64,000 nt of DNA from Synechococcus sp. (lineage in GTDB: Bacteria; Cyanobacteriota; Cyanobacteriia; PCC-6307; Cyanobiaceae): positions 1,152,001-1,216,000 of the forward strand of contig JBJBCN010000002.1 of assembly GCA_047285805.1 (NCBI GenBank), read 5' to 3'. A model generated the notes under the pieces. That model was not told where the DNA came from. It worked only from the letters and a program-made list of their open reading frames with translations, and ran no database searches. Made by a program: the position numbers and the translations under genes. Numbering within the stretch: the stretch's first letter is position 1; every line of letters begins with the position of its first letter. Below, in pieces: positions 55,802-64,000 of this stretch.

Positions 55802-56938
55802 GTGATCGGATACATCTCCGACAACCTGCTGCTGCCAATCCTGGATTTCTTCTACGGATTGGTACCGAGCTACGGGCTCGCGATCATTGCCCTAACAGTG
55901 GTGATTCGCCTTGCTCTCTTCCCCCTGAGCGCAGGCTCGATCCGCAATGCCCGCCGCATGCGGATCGCCCAGCCGGTGATGCAAAAGCGCCAGGCCGAGA
56001 TCAAGGCGAAATACGCCAATAATCCCCAAAAGCAACAGGAAGAGCTGGGTTCCTTGATGAAGGAGTTCGGCAGCCCCCTCTCCGGCTGTCTCCCCCTGCT
56101 GGTGCAGATGCCGATCCTGTTTGCACTGTTTGCCACCCTGCGGGGATCACCGTTCGCCGACGTCCCTTACACCCTGAATTTGAAGGTGTTGCCAGCCGAT
56201 CAGATCGCTGCGGTCGAACCCAAACCCTTCAACAGCGCCAGTCACTCCATCTTTGTGACCAGCACGGATCACGTGCCCGTGATTGCCAGCCTGGAGAAGG
56301 GCACCAAATTGGGCGTAGGGGATACCGAAACCGTCAGCCTGCACACCAAGGACGGCTCTAGCTTCGCCTCAGTTCTGAGCGGCATTGAGAACGGCTACTC
56401 CTTTGCTCCCACCTGGTCAGTCACCAAGGGTGAGGAAGTGGTCAGCGTCGACCAAAACGGTGCCATCCAGGCCATCTCCCCTGGTGACGCCACGGTCGAG
56501 GCCAAGATCCCTGGCATAGCTGCACGCAGTGGGTTCCTCTTCATAAAGGCCCTGGGCCAGGTTGGCTTCTACACCGACGGCGCCATCAACTGGGACATCG
56601 CCATCCTGGTGGGCGGCTTCGGCATCACCCTCTTCCTGAGCCAGATCCTCTCGGGCATGGGCATGCCCGCGAACCCCCAACAGGCCACCGCCAACAAGAT
56701 CACCCCAGTAATGATCACCGGGATGTTCCTGTTCTTCCCCCTGCCCGCAGGGGTGCTGCTCTACATGGTCATCGCCAACGTCTTCCAGGCAATCCAGACC
56801 TTCCTGCTTACCAGAGAGGCCCTGCCGGACAACCTACAGAGCATCCTCGATAAGCAACTCGCCGCCGAGGCCAAAACCGTAACGGCCACTGTCACCGGCA
56901 CCAGCCGCATGCCGTTCGAACCGAAGCGCAAGAAGTAG
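55802..56938 (+). CDS. yidC: Membrane protein insertase YidC
   Basis: [32 protein letters not shown]. Confidence 0.96.
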   Translation: MIGYISDNLLLPILDFFYGLVPSYGLAIIALTVVIRLALFPLSAGSIRNARRMRIAQPVMQKRQAEIKAKYANNPQKQQEELGSLMKEFGSPLSGCLPLLVQMPILFALFATLRGSPFADVPYTLNLKVLPADQIAAVEPKPFNSASHSIFVTSTDHVPVIASLEKGTKLGVGDTETVSLHTKDGSSFASVLSGIENGYSFAPTWSVTKGEEVVSVDQNGAIQAISPGDATVEAKIPGIAARSGFLFIKALGQVGFYTDGAINWDIAILVGGFGITLFLSQILSGMGMPANPQQATANKITPVMITGMFLFFPLPAGVLLYMVIANVFQAIQTFLLTREALPDNLQSILDKQLAAEAKTVTATVTGTSRMPFEPKRKK

Positions 56939-56941
56939 GCC

Positions 56942-57484
56942 ATGGGCGACGGCCTCCAGACCGGAGATCCCCTCCATCCAATGCCGCTCGAGGAGCTCCA
57001 GCTTCTTGAGCGGGGCAAACACTGGACTATCGATCAACGACTCAGTGACCTCGACAGCCTCCCCCCCGTCCGCGGTCACCTGCACGCGCTCCATCGTGGC
57101 AATGTTCTGGAGTTGGATGGCGAAGCCAACACCATCGTCACCCTCTGCTGTGACCGCTGCCTGCAGCAGTTCAACCATCCCCTGAGCTTTCAAACCCGCG
57201 AGGTCCTCTGGCTCGGGGAACAGGCAAGAGAGCAGGGAATGGATCTAGAGAGCGTCCTTGAAGCCGGTAGTGAGGTCATCGACCTCGATCCTGATGCACT
57301 CACCGAAAGCATGGATCCCCGGGCGGATTTCGATCCCGAGCATTGGGTCTTTGAACAACTCAATCTCCAGCTGCCAGTAGTCAATCGCTGCGGAGCTGAC
57401 TGCCCTGGTCCCAAGCTGAAGGCCGAGCCCGGTGATGAACCGATGGATCCCCGCTGGGCGGCCTTGAAGAAACTGAACCCATGA
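56942..57484 (+). CDS. YceD/DUF177 family protein
   Basis: CDRCL, C..DCPG, DPRWAALKKL. Confidence 0.92.
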   Translation: MGDGLQTGDPLHPMPLEELQLLERGKHWTIDQRLSDLDSLPPVRGHLHALHRGNVLELDGEANTIVTLCCDRCLQQFNHPLSFQTREVLWLGEQAREQGMDLESVLEAGSEVIDLDPDALTESMDPRADFDPEHWVFEQLNLQLPVVNRCGADCPGPKLKAEPGDEPMDPRWAALKKLNP

Positions 57485-58968
57485 GTCAAGCCTGGGCAGA
57501 CCACCTCGATCTGCTGATCCGGGCCCGGACGCCGATCCTCTGGATCCGCAGCCAAGAGGAAGAACGCATCGCGAACCTGCTCGCTGAAACGGCAAAACGC
57601 CTCGATCAACGGTCCCTGGCCCGCTGGGATTACATCAGTGGCTTGAGGGGATGGGCCGGCCGCGATGCGGAGGCCGCCCGCAATCCGTTAGCGGCCCTGG
57701 AAAGCCTCAGCGCCTTGCCGGCCGAACAACCCGCGCTGTTGGTGCTCCACGATTTCCATCGCTACGCCGACGACAGCAGCATCTGCCGCAAGCTTCGCAA
57801 CCTGGCCTCGAGCCTGCGCCAACGGCCGCAAACCCTTGTGATCACAGCCGCGGAGTGGCAACTCCCCCTGGAACTGGAGGAGTGCATCACCCTGTTGGAT
57901 CTTCCGCTGCCCAACCAACAGGAGATCCAAGCCTTGCTGGGGAACATCGCCCAGGCCAGCGGACAGGCCATCGGAGCGGAGCTACTGGAGCAACTGACAC
58001 ACAGCTGCAGTGGTCTCAGTGAGCAGCGGATCCGGCAGGTAGCCGCCAGGGGCCTCGCCAGTCGAGGCCAGCTGGGCAGTGCGGACCTCGACGAGGTACT
58101 AGAGGAAAAACGCCAAGCGATTGCCCGCAGCGAACTGCTCGAATATTGCCCGACCGAAGCCACCCCAGCGGACATCGGCGGACTCGATGCCCTGAAGCGC
58201 TGGCTCGAGCAACGCCATATGGCCTTCAGCGACGAGGCGCGCCGCTACGGCCTGCCACTGCCGCGGGGGGTGTTGCTGGTGGGCCCCCAGGGCACGGGTA
58301 AATCCCTGACCGCCAAGGCCATCGCCCACAGCTGGAGCATGCCGCTGCTGCGCCTGGATGTCGGACGGCTGTTTGCCGGCCTAGTGGGTGCCTCAGAGGC
58401 GCGAACCAGGGACATGATTCAACGGGCCGAGGCCATGGCCCCCTGCGTGCTCTGGATTGACGAGATCGACAAGGGCTTTGGCAGTGCCGATGGCCGCAGT
58501 GATGGGGGAACCAGCCAACGGGTGTTGGCGAGTTTGTTGACCTGGATGGCGGAGAAGAGCAGCGCCGTCTTTGTCGTCGCAACCGCGAATGGTGTGGAGA
58601 AACTGCCCGCAGAGCTGCTGCGCAAAGGCCGCTTTGATGAGATTTTTCTGCTTGATCTACCCGACGCCCAAGAACGGCGAACGATCCTTGATTTGCAACT
58701 GAGGCGCCGGCGGCCGAATCATCAGATCCCCCTCGATGTTGTCGTGGATCGCACCCAGGGGTTCTCGGGAGCAGAGCTCGAGCAGGTGGTCATCGAGGCG
58801 ATGCACCAGGCCTTCAGCGAATCCCGTGAATTCGGCGAGGCTGATCTCAGCAGTGCGGCCGCCCAACTGGTGCCCTTGTCCCGCACCGCGCGCGAACAAT
58901 TGGAGCAACTGCAGCAATGGGCCAGCAGCGGCCGGGCCCGCCCTGCTTCTACACATTGCGGCGGGTAA
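57481..58968 (+). CDS. ycf46: AAA family ATPase (Ycf46-like)
   Basis: IGGLDALK.WL, GPQGTGKS, IDEIDK, ELLRKGRFDE. Confidence 0.9.
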   Translation: MSQAWADHLDLLIRARTPILWIRSQEEERIANLLAETAKRLDQRSLARWDYISGLRGWAGRDAEAARNPLAALESLSALPAEQPALLVLHDFHRYADDSSICRKLRNLASSLRQRPQTLVITAAEWQLPLELEECITLLDLPLPNQQEIQALLGNIAQASGQAIGAELLEQLTHSCSGLSEQRIRQVAARGLASRGQLGSADLDEVLEEKRQAIARSELLEYCPTEATPADIGGLDALKRWLEQRHMAFSDEARRYGLPLPRGVLLVGPQGTGKSLTAKAIAHSWSMPLLRLDVGRLFAGLVGASEARTRDMIQRAEAMAPCVLWIDEIDKGFGSADGRSDGGTSQRVLASLLTWMAEKSSAVFVVATANGVEKLPAELLRKGRFDEIFLLDLPDAQERRTILDLQLRRRRPNHQIPLDVVVDRTQGFSGAELEQVVIEAMHQAFSESREFGEADLSSAAAQLVPLSRTAREQLEQLQQWASSGRARPASTHCGG

Positions 58969-59046
58969 AGAAGACCAACGCCAGGTAAAGAAGCCCGCTG
59001 ATCGTTCGCGTTGGCTTAGAGGGTCGCAGCAAGCTGCATTGAAAGC

Positions 59047-59220
59047 ATGGAAGCCGCGATGGATCAACGCCCTGCCCTCGCCACACAACTCCTGGTTGCT
59101 GGCCTCGGCGCTGGTGTCATCACCAGCTACGCGGTCGCCCAGGGACAGAATCCCCTGACCGCCCTGAGCATTACGGTGTTCTCAGCCTTGGCGGCCGTGA
59201 TGGTCGGCCAGGTCCTCTAA
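59047..59220 (+). CDS. Small two-TM membrane protein (57 aa)
   Basis: Translated by hand: MEAAMDQRPALATQLLVAGLGAGVITSYAVAQGQNPLTALSITVFSALAAVMVGQVL; host-like codon usage. Confidence 0.75.
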   Translation: MEAAMDQRPALATQLLVAGLGAGVITSYAVAQGQNPLTALSITVFSALAAVMVGQVL

Positions 59221-59240
59221 ACCCGTGACCACTTTCTGCC

Positions 59241-59465
59241 ATGCCCGCAGACACGCTCTCGATCAGTCAGCGTGAAAGCCTGATCGACGCCCTGCGTTCC
59301 TGCCGCAGCACCGAAGAACGCTTGGCGTTTGCCAGGGACTACGCCAAAACCGGTCGCGAACCCCTTTGGGAGTTGATCTGCGACCTCTTGATCAGCCGCT
59401 CCATTTCCCGGGCCTTGGCGGCCCACTGGCTGAAAGACCTGATTGAAGAGGGACAAACCTCTTAG
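59241..59465 (+). CDS. Small hypothetical protein (74 aa)
   Basis: Host-like codons; PLWELICDLLI.RSISRA.AAHWLKDL. Confidence 0.75.
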   Translation: MPADTLSISQRESLIDALRSCRSTEERLAFARDYAKTGREPLWELICDLLISRSISRALAAHWLKDLIEEGQTS

Positions 59466-59623
59466 CGGGAGGTCCGCTCGGCATCCGCCTTGATCGAAGC
59501 CTCAAGCTGACGCCGCTTGTCTTCGATCAGATGGGCACTGCTGACAAAGGCACAGGCCGTATGACCATCTTTCGTGATGCAAACCTTGTAACCGAGGCCA
59601 TCGGTTGTGGGTTCAAAGTCCAT
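59462..59623 (-). CDS. Small hypothetical protein (53 aa)
   Basis: Translated by hand: MDFEPTTDGLGYKVCITKDGHTACAFVSSAHLIEDKRRQLEASIKADAERTSR; convergent, with overlapping stop codons. Confidence 0.65.
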   Translation of the reverse strand: MDFEPTTDGLGYKVCITKDGHTACAFVSSAHLIEDKRRQLEASIKADAERTSR

Positions 59624-59718
59624 CAGATGCTTGCCGTTACGCCATTAGAGCTCGCAGGCTCGAAACCAACAAGGGATTGTCACCACTAGTGTTCAAGCCC
59701 GCAACGCAGAAGATAGTT

Positions 59719-59817
59719 ATGGACGGACGGCTTGTGGTGATCGGGTTACTGCTCGTCTTTGCAGGCTTGTACGTCTCGGTTTACTTCGTTACCCAGGGCA
59801 TCACCCCTCCCGGCTGA
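59719..59817 (+). CDS. Putative single-TM microprotein (32 aa)
   Basis: MDGRLVVIGLLLVFAGLYVSVYFVTQGITPPG. Confidence 0.45.
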   Translation: MDGRLVVIGLLLVFAGLYVSVYFVTQGITPPG

Positions 59818-59823
59818 AGCGAA

Positions 59824-60021
59824 ATGATTGGCCCCAGTGCAAGGTCCTGGCGCAGTTTCGCGATCAAGATTGGCCTTTTTTGGATCGCAAAGTTGTGGAT
59901 CTGCCAGGTCGATGTCACACGGCCGATCTGCGATGTTGTGGAGCGCGGCTTTCTCCCCTGCCTGCTGACATTTGCCGTGATGGATTTCCTGATCTTGCCC
60001 TGGCTTCGACGCAAGCGCTAG
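59824..60021 (+). CDS. Putative small membrane protein (65 aa)
   Basis: ATG 6 nt after the previous stop; two hydrophobic segments and a basic tail. Confidence 0.5.
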   Translation: MIGPSARSWRSFAIKIGLFWIAKLWICQVDVTRPICDVVERGFLPCLLTFAVMDFLILPWLRRKR

Positions 60022-60080
60022 CAAGTGCTGAAACAGGCAGCTAAAACAAAAGAGCGACCCCAACTCAGACCCGCGACTGC

Positions 60081-60311
60081 ATGTTCAAGATCTATCGGAA
60101 GGTCTCTGAATTTCTGGCTCGCTTTCTGACGGTTGGTCATCCCCTACGGATTCCAGCGCTGCTGGTCTCGCTGTTGTTTTTCTGCTTGGCCACCACCTGG
60201 ACTTTTTGGGCAACCTGGGGGGTTTTGAGCGGCTTGCTGGGCCTCTCAAATGTGATCGGAATCAGTGCCGGCGTGGGAATGAACATCGCAGTCCTCAAGT
60301 TGCCCGCTTAG
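60081..60311 (+). CDS. Putative small membrane protein (76 aa)
   Basis: ATG start; long hydrophobic segments. Confidence 0.5.
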   Translation: MFKIYRKVSEFLARFLTVGHPLRIPALLVSLLFFCLATTWTFWATWGVLSGLLGLSNVIGISAGVGMNIAVLKLPA

Positions 60312-60481
60312 AGACGGCCAAAACGGAGATAGGCCAGGTAACAGATCAGGGTTAAGGCCAAGACCTGGGCCAGAGAGGGCACCAGCAAGCAGCCAACAAG
60401 TACCCCAAGCGTGAGCAAGACGATAGTCCCGGGCCGCTCGGGGTTGAGCGACTTCAAGGGCCCTCCGCGAAACGGTTTCAT
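60308..60481 (-). CDS. Putative small two-TM protein (57 aa)
   Basis: Translated by hand: MKPFRGGPLKSLNPERPGTIVLLTLGVLVGCLLVPSLAQVLALTLICYLAYLRFGRL; stop overlaps the convergent ORF. Confidence 0.5.
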   Translation of the reverse strand: MKPFRGGPLKSLNPERPGTIVLLTLGVLVGCLLVPSLAQVLALTLICYLAYLRFGRL

Positions 60482-60577
60482 CGGGGGAGTGCGGCTACAC
60501 CCCTTATCCAGCAGAAGCGAGGGTCCGACCAGGGGAAGAAATGCTGATGAAATGTTTGACTTGACATCAGCGAGGCA

Positions 60578-60811
60578 TTGGCTTGGATCGTCATTAACAG
60601 GGCGGAGCTGATGGACGGCTACTGGTATCAGTTCAACAACGGCGATCTGCTCTGCTCAGCGATCCATCCCTCCGAAGTGGATTGCCAGCCGGCGACGGCA
60701 CGTCAAGGGGAAATCACTTATCAGGTCTTCAGCAGTCGTGAACGCTTCCGGTTGCTCCGGCTGCATCGCCAGAGGGGCACACCATCGATGGACCTCAATC
60801 AATGCGCCTAA
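60578..60811 (+). CDS. Hypothetical protein
   Basis: 77-aa ORF (or 66 aa from ATG 60611) with protein-like composition; no family recognised. Confidence 0.4.
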   Translation: MAWIVINRAELMDGYWYQFNNGDLLCSAIHPSEVDCQPATARQGEITYQVFSSRERFRLLRLHRQRGTPSMDLNQCA

Positions 60812-61762
60812 TGCGCACCATGACAGCCACGGGCAGGGCCGTGCGCTGCATCACCTTGATCGGGCTGTTCGCCTGGATGATCAAGTATCAACCGAGGAGA
60901 CCAAAAACCAGCGAAAGTGGACTTCCGTTCTCCGGCATGGGCTCACCTAGGCCGGGCATGCGCCGCTTGGGGTACTGAAAGGAAACCAATCGAATGTTTC
61001 GCGACATCTGCCCAGCCCTTACCAAGGAGCCTCTTTCAACTAGAAACACAAGCCCCAAGAAGCCAGTTTTTGCAATAGGTTAAAAACCGAAGAGGCACCG
61101 GCCGTACAACACTTCTACCAACGCGATAGCAGGTGACCGCTGAGGAGATTGTTGAGAAAAGCCCTAGGAGCAGCAGCGGCAGAAGCAACGAATCACGAGA
61201 GAGCATCCAACAGAAGGGCGCCACTGGGGCTTCTGAAGTCGCTGGGGGGCACTAGAAGGGGCTTCTGAATTCTTCCCGAAACTACGAGCATCACTCAGCT
61301 GGGTCTATCGGGGCATGAGTAGCTGAAGAACTTGAATGAGGCCCGCACTTGAACTAGGCCCGCGGTCCTCAGCTCTATTTGAAAACGATCAAGCGGTCAA
61401 AAAAGCACATCACCGCTGAAGCCGCTGCCAGATCATTTGTTCACGACCTCCGGGTCGAGCAAGGGGTGGGGGTGGGGGAATCGCTAAAACCCTTCTTGTC
61501 TGCTTGGTCGGCTACTTGACTGAATCAGTTGGAGCTGTTGCCATTTCTGCTGCTGCTGGCCGAGGCGAGATCACGTCTCGACTTACTAGAAGTCGCCTAA
61601 AGACAACTAAACGCTCAAGCCATCAGTAGCGACATTTTCAACCAAATACCAATGCAAAATCAAACCGATCTTTGCATTATAAATCACATCATTCGTTCCG
61701 CGAGCGATGCTTCAAATATGTCACAGTGATGCGTGGCGAGCAAAGGAAGCTTCATGCTTTGC

Positions 61763-62539
61763 CTAAGCCTTAATTCGTCGAGTGGGAGGTTTGAGAATCG
61801 GAAGAGAACGCTTCTTGAAGATCAGATCAAAGTAAACACCGGCATTGGCAGTATTTCCCTCCACTATCATTGTGTAACCAGCTTTCTCAAAAAAGCGACT
61901 AATCTCTTGGCATGGCTGTCGCGATACCGTTATGGACCTATTCTTTGTATCAACACGATTTGGCGGAGACACAATCACTGGCGGCAGAAGTTCGTAGCCA
62001 TAATTAGTTAATAGAGAAAAAACCTCCGTAACTGTTGGAGACCAGTGATAAGCGCTAAAGTCCGGACAGGAAACTCTTATGAAGTCAAAGTTGTCGAGAA
62101 TATCCACGCTCTCACTAAGGATTAAATACTCAGATCCGCAGGTGTCGAGCACTAAATAGTTATATTTCTGCAGGTCAACCTGATTTTTGTCTGCAAAATC
62201 ACGTAGCGTCAATGCGTCAACTTCAATCATTTCACCTTGCTGTGCATCTGCAAAAACATTGGTTATCTGGTCAAAGCCAAACTTGGATGAATATCGTGGG
62301 TTATCAGTTGACGGAAAAAAACAATCCTTTTGGGTTTTGTCTGAAATGAATGCGTGATGAAATCTATGGATTGCCACATCCGCAGACAAATTCCTCAAGT
62401 TATCTACAGATTGACGATTGGCATCAATCCAAATGCATGGAACATCAATAGAGGAGTACAAATTCCTTTCCGGGGCATCACCTGCACCAATATGAATGGC
62501 GCCATTCACTCCAACTGGCACAAAATCAGCGTACATCAA
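61763..62539 (-). CDS. FkbM-family methyltransferase-like protein
   Basis: IHIGAG...E, WIDAN, TL..F, LVLDTCGSE.LIL; AT-rich. Confidence 0.75.
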   Translation of the reverse strand: MMYADFVPVGVNGAIHIGAGDAPERNLYSSIDVPCIWIDANRQSVDNLRNLSADVAIHRFHHAFISDKTQKDCFFPSTDNPRYSSKFGFDQITNVFADAQQGEMIEVDALTLRDFADKNQVDLQKYNYLVLDTCGSEYLILSESVDILDNFDFIRVSCPDFSAYHWSPTVTEVFSLLTNYGYELLPPVIVSPPNRVDTKNRSITVSRQPCQEISRFFEKAGYTMIVEGNTANAGVYFDLIFKKRSLPILKPPTRRIKA

Positions 62540-62662
62540 AAAACATGTTTTTATAGATTATCACTGCTTGCCATTGGGTTGTCAAGGCCCTTAAGAGGAG
62601 CCTTATGTAGGCAGATTGATTAGCCATTCAGCTCAAGATGCTGAACCTCAAGAACCTTTCCC

Positions 62663-63295
62663 TTAATTTAATGAATGTGTTGTGAAGCACCACTGCAGAA
62701 AGCTTTGAATAATGCTGACCTGTGAAAGATCAATACAGTGTCCACCCTTGAATCGCGAAAGAAGGGCCACATTCTTTCTTGAACGAAAGCGTGCGAAAAG
62801 CTCCATCCCTTTGTGAAATGGAACTACCGTGTCATTAAGTCCGTGAATAAACAATGTGGGTGGCATCTTCTGCGGAATCTCGACTTCGTCAAGAGGATAT
62901 CCACTACATATACATAATCCAGCTAGCGGTAGATCTATTGCAGCCTTGCAAGCTATTGCTGCGCCCTGCGAAAAACCCAGTAGCACTGTTTTCTCAAGAG
63001 CTATCTCGACACTCATTCGTCGGAGGTCTTCTTTCAACAAATTGCAGTCATATTGATTGGAATCACCTCCGACTTCATACCATTGATACCCTTTTCCATT
63101 GGGACTTTTGCTTGGTGCCCGAAGAGACAAGACGTTGAATTTGATATTTAGGTGAGACAAGCAAAATCTATAGAGATCGTTTTCATCAGTACCTGAACCA
63201 TGGAGTAGCACAAGGCGCTTGCCTGAATCATGGTTCTTACTCAATCTACAGACATGCTTTAGTGTTGATCCAGAAGAATCAAATGTCATCCCCAT
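62663..63295 (-). CDS. Phospholipase/carboxylesterase (alpha/beta hydrolase)
   Basis: LLHGSG, LRAP, GFSQG nucleophile, HG.ND.VVP, GGH; AT-rich. Confidence 0.88.
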   Translation of the reverse strand: MGMTFDSSGSTLKHVCRLSKNHDSGKRLVLLHGSGTDENDLYRFCLSHLNIKFNVLSLRAPSKSPNGKGYQWYEVGGDSNQYDCNLLKEDLRRMSVEIALEKTVLLGFSQGAAIACKAAIDLPLAGLCICSGYPLDEVEIPQKMPPTLFIHGLNDTVVPFHKGMELFARFRSRKNVALLSRFKGGHCIDLSQVSIIQSFLQWCFTTHSLN

Positions 63296-63386
63296 TTTGC
63301 CAACCCATTAGAATTAAAGCAATTCTCAGCTCAAACATCAATCCTCGGGCGCTCGACGGTGAAATAACTATAGATTCTAACTTAAA

Positions 63387-63707
63387 CTAAAAGAAATACC
63401 TTCGCCATGATTCCCAGGCAGATACTCGCAACCTAGTGTCGGAACCGCGGGGGCCCCTGCGTAGCTTTTTGGTATCTCGCTCATATTCCTTTTCTTTTTT
63501 CTTGATAGAAAGTATTCTGGCAGACTGCTCTAGATTGCGGTATCTTATTTGTTCAGCACTTAATTGTGTCTGAGCTTTTTGATCTGTCGATAAATGTATC
63601 TTTTTGGATTCTGGCTTTGCTGTCCATCGTCGCATTAGGCGACTGACATTGCGAGCCAAGACATAAGCGAGTACAACGCCAAGGGTAAGAGAGAGCAAAG
63701 ATATCAT
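63387..63707 (-). CDS. Hypothetical protein, N-terminal TM and basic C-terminus
   Basis: 106-aa ORF in AT-rich DNA, where chance ORFs of this length are less common. Confidence 0.55.
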   Translation of the reverse strand: MISLLSLTLGVVLAYVLARNVSRLMRRWTAKPESKKIHLSTDQKAQTQLSAEQIRYRNLEQSARILSIKKKEKEYERDTKKLRRGPRGSDTRLRVSAWESWRRYFF

Positions 63708-63792
63708 TCGCCTTAAGGTGTATTGCTACAATTCTACCTGCCCAGTCTGGTTTGTGAGGTCATGCATGCATGTTGCCAGGTGGCTGTGTTCT

Positions 63793-63993
63793 CTAGCGGA
63801 CTATTCGAAGCCTGAGAGGGGGCCAAGAGACATCTAGTTTCCTTATGGCTCTATGAGGTGGCTTTGGTAATTTGCGGCGGGAAGTTGTGGCGTATGTGGC
63901 TGGAGACCCAGTTGTGCGATGCAAGGCCTTGAGCTGGGTTCGCGAAGATCGATCCAATTGGACGTTGCTGATCCCCATGGCGAGGTTCGTCAT
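63793..63993 (-). CDS. Possible hypothetical protein, perhaps truncated by the window edge
   Basis: Frame stays open to the window end; no family recognised. Confidence 0.25.
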   Translation of the reverse strand: MTNLAMGISNVQLDRSSRTQLKALHRTTGSPATYATTSRRKLPKPPHRAIRKLDVSWPPLRLRIVR

Positions 63994-64000
63994 CCTTATG

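Noticed and set aside
54717..56938. rpmH-rnpA-yidC as a marker of oriC
   Set aside because: No dnaA, dnaN or DnaA-box cluster here; separation from dnaA is normal in cyanobacteria

Overview
GC-rich picocyanobacterial (Synechococcus/Cyanobium-like) chromosome segment. About 57 kb (1.3-59 kb) is a densely packed core-gene backbone: ychF, wecB, hli, tsaD, psaFJ, gmk, tatC, petCA, lgt, cobM, tRNA-Val(CAC), ppx, ubiA, ispD, fabG, groEL2, nanE, ctaAB, ctaCDE, riboflavin synthase, cobT, topA, ndhB, birA, trx, vipp1, a glycosyltransferase module, sppA, aroH, rpmH-rnpA-yidC and ycf46. Both ends look accessory. The left end carries an inverse-autotransporter-like beta-barrel gene whose passenger is reduced to a 30-aa two-Cys, Thr-rich tail, next to a ychF 3' end with atypical codon usage. 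The right end carries a run of tiny, mostly membrane ORFs followed by AT-rich genes (FkbM-like methyltransferase, esterase). An internally deleted pilT-type pseudogene sits between wecB and hli. I saw no integrase, transposase, CRISPR array or rRNA. All family calls are from motif recognition by eye, with no database searches. The best candidate for an undescribed system is the barrel plus peptide-tail gene, and that remains an inference.
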